A DNA stretch of 52,513 bases, counting the filler, from Sphacelaria rigidula (Eukaryota): NCBI GenBank assembly GCA_964200075.2. It is 4 parts of 4 records of this genome, joined end to end, with 100 filler letters (N's around TTAATTAATTAA, not from the genome) between each part and the next. Parts side by side here need not be neighbours in the genome. Positions count along the whole stretch, not along the records: positions 1 to 13,056 come from CAXNAA020003196.1; positions 13,157 to 26,209 come from CAXNAA020003197.1; 2 more parts are not named here. One strand, 5' to 3'. Below, one piece after another: positions 10,639 to 20,600 of this stretch. Position numbers and translations under genes: made by a program. Under the pieces are notes generated by a model that saw only the letters and a list, made by a program, of their open reading frames with translations, did no database searches and was not told the origin of the DNA. Each line of letters begins with the position of its first letter. Within the stretch, counting starts at the first letter, position 1.

Positions 10639-13056
10639 CACACGTGGACAGATAGCACCCTGTGGAGCGCACTGTGCAGGGTCCGTACAGGGTCCGCCAC
10701 AGTCTTTGTGAAAAAACCCTGACAGTGAAATGCAAAATCTGTACCCATGGCAGTGTTTTGATAGGGTTTTCCCCAGGGTTGGATTTGCAGCCCTGCGTAG
10801 GCACGTCGGCAAAGCCCTGCACAGTCTTGTGGTAGTGTTTTGGTGAAAAAACCTCAAGTGTTTTTTTTTCGAAAATCCCAAATATTTTGGTACAAAATCT
10901 GTAAATTTTTTATCTTCAATACCTTGTCCTCCTGTCCGAGGTCAATTCCTCTTCACCCGATTTGAGTCGAGCGAGAAGGAATCTATTTTGGACAGCAGGT
11001 CAAGCTAGATCCAAAACAGATCCTTTCCTCGCCCAATTAATTTCGGCAAAGAAAAGGATTTATTTAGAACAGCAGAAAAAGTTGTTCAAGATCGATCATT
11101 TTTTCGACCATTTTCGAGATGAGCGAAAAAGGATCTATTTCGAAAAGCTCCTTTTGCTGCGCAAATCCCATGCACACTGGCAGATTCAGAATTTGACCGG
11201 CAGAAGAAGCTCGAAATGAATATTTACTTTTCCTTCCAACTCATCCAGAGATTGGGGGAGAGGAAATTCATGGCGAGCAGCGTCAGCTGCTGGGCAAATC
11301 CCGCATACTGCATCGTCACCGGCGCATGGGATCCGACACGCAGAAAAAGTTGCTGAAAGGTATTCATCCTTTGACCTCCGAGTCCATGTGCGCATGAGCT
11401 GAAGGATGAATAGCTCTCAACCGCTTTCGCTGAACAGAGATCCCACACGTTGGATACGTGGGTATGTCCACACCTGTGCTTCGTGTGAAGCCCCTGGGAG
11501 GGTGGGAATATGCCAAATGATCGGATATACCTCGTGAAGCTATATACATTTCCCCCAAAACCCAGTCTTCCATTGTCTACAAACACGAACCATGTTTAGA
11601 AAATATCACTTAATCAATCGTATATGATTAGTATATATCTGGACCATCACTCCGTGTATTTATCACCGCACACAAATCGCGAACATCACCAAAAGCACCC
11701 GCCCGCACAGCGGTGCTATTATTCCGCCCAGCTATACGACCACAACCCCGCGCAGCAAAGAGCTCGGGTTGGGCACAGGGATGTAGACACATACACGCAC
11801 TGCCGTGCGGCGGGTGGATATGATGTATTTCTCGTTGGTGGAAACTTGAGCACCTACTTCTTTCATGGTCGCGACACCGCACGGCGACGACATACGCGGG
11901 GTGCGTATATATATATATATATACAGGCACGGGTGCGAAGAACAACAATCAACCGGCCGCCTATGGTATGCATATATACACACTCACCATCATATGCATG
12001 CTGCGGATCGCGGACGCACCGCGATATAACATATACTGTAGTGCAGCATGTACAGGCCGCGCGTACGATATGCTGCACGTTGTTCAAGTCCTTTTCACGT
12101 CGCACTGTAGGTAGAGAACATACATATACACATTGTCCTGCGCTGTCTGTACTGTATACGTTTCCCTTTCCCTTTCGCACGCCCTACTTACTGTGCTGCA
12201 GCAGCTGTGCGCGCAAATATATGATGATGTGGAATGGGCGTGAAAAACTGGAGTTCGTGACGGTATATAACACCCGCCCCATATATCAAATAAGCTGCAG
12301 GCATCTATACATTGTATTTATAGCCAGCCATCTGCAGTACATGGCGCCGCACGTATAAGCACGGCGGTATAGCGCACTGTCCCGCATGCAACGGTATTGT
12401 ACTATGCGATAAGATCGATGTTTCATTATCCCCTGTATATTGTGTTAGTTTCGTCGACGCGTGACTACGGGGTTTTCATCAAGTGTATGGATGTATGCGC
12501 GAGGTCAATTGTACCATCTGTCATTATGGCATCAGCTGCGACAAAAGCTTGCGTGCAGTGAATAGGACTTGAACAGCTAAAGCTACTCGCGAGCAAGTTC
12601 TTTCTCCACCCAATTTCAGGTGTTCTTGGTGGTATACAAATTCCATCTGCTATATACAGTGTATATATAGGATTGTCTCTACAGCTGAAGCTCTTCGAAA
12701 TGAATCCTTTCTCAACTATATTCCAAGTTTGGAATTGGGATATATTTCGAATAGCAGCGGCTGTCCAAATTTCAGATTTCCATTACACTTATTGTGCCTC
12801 TTAAAACAATTCGGGGGATTTCAGTGTTAGTGACACGAACCTTCGAGGGCCACCCCAAAATTCAGAAGTACAAAAAACTCGACCAACCCTTAACGACTGC
12901 CACGCGTAGCTCCGTGTGTAACCGGCAGGTGACGCTTTTGTGAAGTCGAGGGTTCGACTCCGGTCCAAGCTGATCAGTTCCTTTTTCCGCCAATACCTTG
13001 CGCCCGCAGCTACTTGTGAAGAGTAGTGTTTGTGCGTAAACACACTGCACAGCATT
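10639..13056 (+). mobile_element. Long CACAC-TIR element copy 2, from left TIR to contig end
   Basis: Left TIR CACACGTGGACAGATAGCACCCTGTGG; left arm homologous to 3269-3960; body homologous to 2555-3268 plus 4553-5770. Confidence 0.8.
12900..12986 (+). promoter_or_regulatory. tRNA-derived Pol III-type cassette (A box, B box, T5)
   Basis: TAGCTCCGTGTG 12907-12918; GGTTCGACTCC 12951-12961; T5 at 12982-12986; same position in the element as 5613-5702. Confidence 0.65.
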
Positions 13057-13156
13057 NNNNNNNNNNNNNNNNNNNNNNNNNNNNNNNNNNNNNNNNNNNN
13101 TTAATTAATTAANNNNNNNNNNNNNNNNNNNNNNNNNNNNNNNNNNNNNNNNNNNN
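13057..13156. other. Artificial contig linker N44-TTAATTAATTAA-N44
   Basis: Identical 100-bp spacer three times; the 12-mer gives stops in all six frames. Confidence 0.98.
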
Positions 13157-13300
13157 CATATTGGCGACTTTGGCTAGAACGAACCCAAGCGTGGGAATTC
13201 TCAGCTTCTCGTTGTGCTCGGCTTTTTCCATTTCGATTTACGTAAATATTTTGCCTCCCAAAACCATGCACTTCTTTGGGGGGGGCTATCGTAGAAAGTG
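13157..13300 (+). mobile_element. Right half of a CACTTTCTA-TIR MITE (same family as 30360-30583)
   Basis: Aligns to 30460-30583 and ends in GGGGGGCTATCGTAGAAAGTG. Confidence 0.7.
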
Positions 13301-13684
13301 TCGAACCATGACTTTAAACGCAACAAATATTTCGCGCAGTGGCTACATGTACGGCTTCCATTCATGTTTCAGTTTTTTCACGTTGAGTCGGACGTTATTG
13401 ACCATCTTCAGGTTTGGTTTACTTTTGGTCATTTTCCACCAAAATCGAGGTACATGGGCGATGTTTTCCCCTCTCCTCCACGTGCGTAGATGTGTCGCAT
13501 GTCACATCATGCGTTGTGGGTTGTGGTGTGTTCTTTCGCCGTCACGCTCAGTGGATCGACAGCATGGTGATACAATAGTTGTGTACGTTGTGTCACAGGT
13601 CATAGTTTGGAGGAAATGCTGTAGCTGCTCAACAGCTGAGCATGTTGTGCGTGACCCCGCACAACTCTGTTCAAAATCCAATAA

Positions 13685-13977
13685 GATCCATTATTATCGA
13701 CACTGTTCTTTCGCAGATCTCAGACTTTTTTGCAGTTTTTGGACTCTGCGTTCAGATTTCTCCGAAAGCGAAGCGGCTTGATTTCTTTTCGAAGCTCCGT
13801 TTCTGGAGATGTCCGAAAAAATTGGACTGGAACGCAGCGCTTCGGAGAGCTGCCCAGTGTGTGCGCCGCGGCACTCGCAGGCGTTCGAGAGTAATCAGGT
13901 GCCCTGCCAGTCCCGAAAATTCGGAGATCTCTGAAAATTCGGAGATCTCTGAAAAACAGTGTCGATACTAATGGGCC
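13685..13977. mobile_element. 293-bp PIF/Harbinger (Tourist-like) MITE with TAA TSD
   Basis: ~36-bp TIR GATCCATTATTATCGACACTGTT... / rc GGCCCATTAGTATCGACACTGTT...; TAA on both sides; absent from the paralogous site at ~14790; internal 18-bp tandem GAAAATTCGGAGATCTCT x2. Confidence 0.85.
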
Positions 13978-14265
13978 TAAAAACCGATCCGAAAATGACG
14001 CCGATTCAATTCTGAGATGATGTCGACTCAGATTCAGAATAGTAGAAGCAGTTGTATTCAGCCAATCGTGATGAAAAAATCGCATGTACGGTAGACTAGT
14101 AGCAGCAGCTGCAGCAGCAGTCTGGAGACAGTAAAAGGGAAGCGCAGTCGAGTCGATGCGACATGCGTACGATAATACAACACGCTCGAGGTGTGCCAGT
14201 CCTGCCCCGTGAGTGCTGTGGAGAACGGTGTCACACTGCTATTTCATACCGTCTCCGATTCTTAG

Positions 14266-14363
14266 CCGTCAGACCGCGATGGTAGGTTGTCTAGAGCATC
14301 CACACTTTTTCCGAGCGAAATTGATGCCGAGTCAGTGTATGACCTACTCTTTCCATTTAAGGG
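14266..14363. mobile_element. 98-bp piggyBac-like MITE, diverged copy
   Basis: CCGTCAGACCGCGA...GAAATTGATGCCGA...TAAGGG; flanks TTAG/CTCA (decayed TTAA); absent from the paralogous site at ~15073. Confidence 0.65.
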
Positions 14364-16715
14364 CTCACTGAACATGATGCCGATTTAGTTTTCCCAAGTG
14401 AAAATGAAGCCGATTCCAACAGTGCATACTTTTGCCTCGTTTGTAGTCCGAGGATTAACATAAATGTCCCGTTCACAGGGGCACATGCAAAGCTCGACTC
14501 TTGACAAACAACTCAACACAATCAGATGTGAATCTGGGGAACTCATTGCCCCCGCAAACCAAAAACACACAGCTTGAACCGTAGCTGCTCATCAGCTGAG
14601 CTGTGCGTGACCGTGCGTAACTATGTTCAAAATATAATGAGAAACGATGATTTGTATGAGACCCTCGCGAAGTGGTGATGGTTGTGTCCGTTGCGCAGTG
14701 TCATAGGCCATAATTCGAAGAAAACGCCGTAGCTGCTCACCAGCTGAGCACGTTGTGCGTAACCTCCCACAAAATCTGTTCAGAATCCAATGAGAAGGAC
14801 CCGAAAATGATTCCGATTCAAGTGTGGAATGGTGCCGACTGAAATTTGAAATAGTAGAGTCCGTCGTATTCAGCGTGCCTCATCGTAAAATGAAATCGCA
14901 TGTGCGGTGAAGTAGCAGCAGCAGCTGCAGCAGCAGTACAGACAGCAAGTAAGGAAGCACAGTCGAGACGATGCGGCATGCGTGCAAGATCACAACACGC
15001 TCAAGGTGTACCAGCCTTGCCCCGAGAGTTCAATGGAGAACGATAGCACGCTGCCGTTTCATACCGTTCCTCTTCAACTGAACATGATATCGATTCAATT
15101 TTCAAGTAAAAATGATGCCGGTTCCACAAAAAAACATGACCTGGGCGCGGTGGAGAGAAACGACACCTCCGACGGTCGAAGGGTCCGCCGAGACGTCGCG
15201 AGGAGATGCATCATACAGAACGCATCGCAACGTCATGATGCCCTGACGCGCTGCAGGACACAGTGCGGAAAAGTAAATGTACTCCAAACTCAAGCAGAAA
15301 CAGAACGCATCCTATTGTCCAGCGAAATGCATGGGAAGAGGAATCAGCGACAGAGTATACTCTAAAATTAAGTTAAGACGAAATGGTGGCTTCTCTGAGC
15401 TTCAGAGAGCGAAGTGACACCAAAAGATATGTTCTCTAAAATCAAGTAGATTCCGATGACTCGTCTGTGAGAGCTCCACAGTAAAATGACACCTGTTTGC
15501 AGGGAAGCAGTCTTCCTGGACAGCCCAGTCACTAATCAGTCCTAAATGAAATGTCCAGGACAAGTCGAGGATCAACCGCGCATGGCTTTTTCACGTGTCA
15601 AGAGTTCGTCTGTCCAATCAGCGGGAATGTCTACTTTGCAACCCGTCGTATGCAGATTGGTACAGCAACTTTGATGCGAAGATGTTTCTACGGATGGCAC
15701 ACTGTGCGCCCAAACTTTAATCAGAACCTTCCGCCGCCCCGAAAGGGAGTAAAAGGCCGGGGCGGGTTCTTGGGCACCTTCGGCAAAATTTCATGAGACT
15801 CCCCTCTCACAATACAGTAGTACGAGTGTATTCTGCTCCCGGCGTGAGACTAGTCCACGGGAGCTCAAGCTGCTGAGGCAGACACGGAGCGCAGAGCACC
15901 TCTCGAAATCTCGAAGCAGTTCCTGAGTGATTCTACTCGTGTAATGGGAGCTTCGTGCAGCACACACGCAGAAGGTCATCGGTTTTAGTATTTATACGTA
16001 GTTCACTGCTCGAAACGGTGGATATCGGTCGTTCTGGACGTGCGGTGTGTCTGGTTTTTGCTTTGTTGTCAGGTGGTGTGCACAACAAGCAGCGCCCATG
16101 CGTCAACAGTCGCTGCGACTAACACATATCCACTGGCCTGAATATGAAGCACAACAACAGTACATTAAAACAGCAGTTGCGCACCCTTCAGTCTGTTGTT
16201 TGTGAATCGGATGGCTTGCGCTGTTTTCTGTGAGCAGCATTCCTCGCGGCGAGTACAACGGGCAGTAAGTTCATCACGGGAGAGTATTATAGTAGCCCGT
16301 GCACGTTGTCAGTTTAATGATATCCTGATCATGGATGAAGATATGTGCGATGTACGTGCAGCTTCATATTTGCCACCAGATTGGTGTGATATGTCTGAAT
16401 GGTTGAATTCGCATAATTAGGGCATCAAGCTTTTTGAACCGCAACGCTCGCCGCTGAGAAGCAGGCAGAACACCCGGGTCACCTATTCACAGTAGCGCGA
16501 CTTGCAGTGATTATCCCCAGTTTTCTTTTTCCGCCACACTTTCGACCTCTCCCCTTACGCGAGACGAGTCAGTGGTCTCAAGGAATTGACCTGTCTCTCC
16601 CCCGGCACCCGCCTCTTATTTTTCCATATCACGGATTGGATGGGCACCCCCGCACCGCGTCAACACTCGTCAAATAAACTCTTTGTTACTGGCCATGTAC
16701 GTTCTCACGTTTTAA

Positions 16716-16813
16716 CCTTTCGACCGCGAGGTTAGTCTTCTGTTGAATCGGCATCAATTTCAAGTGAAAAAAAGTATGCATGATCCAAAAATACTAATCT
16801 CGCGGTCTAAGGG
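16716..16813. mobile_element. 98-bp piggyBac-like MITE with TTAA TSD
   Basis: TTAA|CCTTTCGACCGCGAGGTTAGT ... ACTAATCTCGCGGTCTAAGGG|TTAA; 21-bp TIR with 3 mismatches. Confidence 0.85.
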
Positions 16814-16855
16814 TTAAACGACGGAAATCAGATACTATCCAGTGAAGAACCCAAA

Positions 16856-16929
16856 TGTACATGTCGGGACTCGAATCCGCGCTCGTCCGGCCTAATGGCT
16901 GTCAGTTGTACCGTTGGACCACCGGGACG
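16856..16929 (-). mobile_element. tRNA-derived SINE-like head / tRNA pseudogene
   Basis: Minus strand has A-box-like TGGTCCAACGG and B-box-like GATTCGAGTCCC at tRNA spacing; no convincing cloverleaf. Confidence 0.5.
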
Positions 16930-17471
16930 CAGGGTTGTAGAGATGGAGACCGAGTTGTGGGTGCAACGTCGATGATCGGACGTTTTACACGTGACACGGT
17001 CCTCGACTGGTGTAGTGGTCTCCGCTCTGCTGTCGCCTCTGCGTTCTCGTGCAGGATATTTGACATCTCGCGCTCGCCCCAAGACCTCGCCTACCTTGTG
17101 CTGGCCACCCAGTGCTGCGTGCGCCGCACGCGATGTTGGTGCTGTGTTTACGGTACAGATAGAGTTCCACCATTTGAAAACACAACGCTTCCTGCCGTTT
17201 CTGCGCGATGCCTCACTCACGACCTCGCTCCGCATGTTTACTTGGAGCTCGCCTGACATCGTTTCCTTTCTACAGCCTTGCAAGTTCGACGTCGAAACAC
17301 ACGTAGTAGCCGCAGAGGGGAATTATGTACAGTGGTACGCACGTGTTTGCTGCGTACACGGACCATGACTGGACATCATGGTTCGGCACGATTCGGGGGC
17401 ACCTTTGCTGACGTCCCGCGATCACTACGCGCCAACAGAATTAACATATATGACTTTCAAATGTTCGTCAG

Positions 17472-17672
17472 GTCTACAAGGGTCGGAGGAAACACACAGG
17501 GCAAACGGTGGCGCTAAAGTTCATCTCGAAGCACGGAAAGAGCGCCAAGGACATCCGCAACCTTCGACAGGAGATCGCCATCCTTCGGACGCTCAACCAC
17601 GAGAACATAATCCTCATGTTCGATGCCTTCGAGACGGACCGCGAGTTTTGCGTTGTTACAGAGTACGCTCAG
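17472..17672 (+). CDS. STK36: Fused/STK36 exon: kinase subdomains I (part) to V
   Basis: cag|GTCTACAAG ... GCTCAG|gtcag; [17 protein letters not shown]...VVTEYAQ. Confidence 0.92.
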
Positions 17673-20600
17673 GTCAGACAGCAAGATCGAAACCGAAAAA
17701 CAACGGTGACATTATTTTCTTGTAAGCGCCGATCACGGGGCGCTGGCTTTGCGATTTCTGCGTTCGTTTCAGTGGTATATACTAGAACACCATGGTGCGT
17801 GGTCGTCATCGGCTTTTTCATGTGATGCTCCACGTGTCAAATGCCGTCCACCGCTCCAATGTGTACCGCAAAATTATCTGAAGCAGTGGCCCCTCGTGTG
17901 GCCGCCTACCGCGAGTTTTGGGTGCGACGGTGCCCCGACCTCCTGCGCGCCCTAAATCGTTTTCGACGGTGTATACAATTTCTCAACAATCTCAGCAGCC
18001 ACTACTTTGCAACCCCGTCAGTACTCCGTTCTCGCTTTTGTTCAGTTTCGCGTCCAGTCGCACTCGTCAAAGAATACACCCAGCTATCCATCATAAGCAT
18101 CTCCCCCCCCCCCCGTCCTGACCCACCCCCTGTATCCCAGGGCGAACTATTCGAGATCCTGCAGGACGATCACACGCTTCCTGAGGCACAGGTGCAAAAG
18201 ATCGCCAAGCAGCTGGTCCAGGCGTTGCACTACCTGCACTCCAATAGGGTAATCCACCGCGACATGAAGCCTCAGAATATCTTGGTGGGTGCGCACGGCC
18301 GCGTGAAGCTCTGCGACTTCGGTTTCGCCCGCGCCATGTCTTCCAATACGGTCGTCCTCACGAGCATCAAGGGCACTCCCCTTTACATGGCACCAGAACT
18401 CGTCAAAGAACAACCGTACGACCTCACTGTGGACCTCTGGTCGTTGGGCGTGATCCTTTACGAGCTGCTGGTAGGACAGCCACCGTTCTACACCAATTCC
18501 ATTTACTCACTAATTAATCACATTGTGAAGGACCCCGTAGAGTACCCGGCGAATATTTCAACCGAATTGCGCTCGTTTCTGCAAGGACTGCTCAGAAAAG
18601 ACCCGCGACAACGGCTATCCTGGCCCGACCTCCTCCGGCACCCATTCGTTAGGGAGACCGAGGAGGATCGCCTGCGACATCGCCGAGAAGATGCTCACTA
18701 TACCTTGGGAGGTGGCGTCGGCCCTCCGCGGTTTCGCCTCGAACGGTTCTTGCAAGAGCAACAGGCTTACGACGCTGCTGCTGCTGCGGCGGCCGCCGCT
18801 TCCACCGGAGCAGGGGGTAGCAGCAGTAGCACCAATGATGCGCGAGCGGGTGTATCGCCACATGACGATGCAACGCAAAGTCAGCAAAGGTCTGCCGCTG
18901 CTTTTGCGACGGCGGCAGCGGTGGCGGTGCCCGCAGCGACGATAGCCGCCCCACGACGCGTGGACCAAAGCGACGGGCTGCAAGGGTATTTGGAAGAAGT
19001 CGAAGTTGGAGCTCATACCGTGATGGGTGTCTCTTCGCCTGCCACACAGCTGGACGGAAGCATTGATAGCGGCAGTACTTCAAGCAGTAGTGACATCAGC
19101 AGCAGCCCCCACCGAAGCGGAGAGGAGGGTGGCGTGATGTCGGCGTGCGGCACCAGCGGGGGTGGACAGTGGGCTGACACTCGTAGCGAAGTTGCGGTAG
19201 TTGAGCCACGGGGAACCACTGCGCACCTCAACGGTGGGACGAAACTGGTGAGTGCAAAAGATCGTGGTCATGACAACGGTGATGCCGTAGCTCATATTCT
19301 AGGGGTATGCGATCGAGATCGCGGGCATAGTGTGAGGCGGGAAAGCGTCGGATACTTGAAAGGGGCCGACGACCCCCCACCGCAAGCCACCGCAACGCCG
19401 GTATTAACCACACCAGCACCAGCACCAGCACCAACACCAACACCAGGGTCACATTCAATGTGGCGGGATTGGGGTGCAGCGGTCGCATCCGCAGGATCAG
19501 GAGGCACGACAGAGGCGTTGCGGGTTGGGAGTAGTCGCCACTTCTTCGCTGCCCTTACCGACGTCCTGTCTGTTACTTGCTCTAGTGACCTAGATTACGA
19601 TGGTGGTCGTGACGTCCAGCTCGATGGTTCGCCGACGCGAGTGGTTGGCGACAAAGATGATGGGCACGCCCGCGAATCCTCCCTCTGCCTCGCCCTGCGC
19701 ACGGCAGACAAGGTGGCTTCTGCGGCGTTGTCAGTGCTAAATGCTGACGTAGACGTAGAGAAGGAAGAGGGGGAGCAGCGACGATTACATCAGACAGGAG
19801 CATCGAAGCATGCAGCAGCGGAGGGAACGAGCTTGCCGTTTCCGGGCGGCGATGCTCCGACTGTTGCTGTCGCGGCGTCCCTCGCGGAACGGTTCCTGCA
19901 CGCGCTTCTTCCGGTTGTTGGGTTGTGCGACGGGTTGTCCGAAGGAGACTTGATCGTGGGTACAACAGGAGTTGTTACATGCAGCAGCGACGGCGGCACT
20001 GTTGGTGGCTATGGCGCTTGTGGAGGTGCCAGTGCGGTTGGGAAAGAGGTCGAGGCTCTCTTGGAAGCGCTGCGTCTTCTCACGGTGATGGTGCGATTAC
20101 CCTGGTGGCGGGAAGAGGGTCATGGTGACCGTCAAAATAGCTATTTTTCTGACAGTGATGATATCGATGGTGACAGCGATTATTCAAGCAGTCATGACGA
20201 TTATATCAAGTGCGGTGACGTTGATCGGCGGAGAAGCAAGGCAGGGGTATGGACGGGAAAAGCGAATTCGAGAGCTCGGGAAGCCGGCAAGCCGCGGACG
20301 AGTATCGTGGGCATAAGCGAACGGTGGACCACACTTTCGACGCTGACATCGCTCTTACGCCCGGAGGGTCCGGCGTGTGCCGAGCCATTAGAACAGGTAC
20401 CTGTGCAGTGCTGCCGTCTGCCTCTGATATTTGCTATCGTGCGCACTCTCTTGGACCTCGTGAGTTTGTTTCATGTTTGAAGTGTTGACATTGAACTCGC
20501 GGACCGTTCGCCGGATACGAGCCGCTATAGTTGGACGAGTGACTCTGAACTGTACATGTAACCCGTGAATTCCGTAAACAAGTATGTGTTTTGTCCTGCT

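Larger units (their letters stand above)
13565..15125. repeat. Local diverged direct duplication (~13565-14420 versus ~14672-15125; partial third copy at 14581-14642)
   Basis: Shared blocks GTAGCTGCTCA.CAGCTGAG, AAATCGCATGT.CGGT, AGTAGCAGCAGCTGCAGCAGCAGT, CAACACGCTC.AGGTGT.CCAG, ACTGAACATGAT; copy 1 carries two extra MITE insertions. Confidence 0.85.

Noticed and set aside
11624..12358. 244-aa ORF and other ORFs inside the CACAC elements (e.g. 3357-3962)
   Set aside because: They cross (TA)n microsatellites, frames are not conserved between copies, and there are no transposase motifs
15771..15796. GTFGK as kinase first exon
   Set aside because: Not GxGxFGK, no GT donor after the Lys codon, and a stop follows
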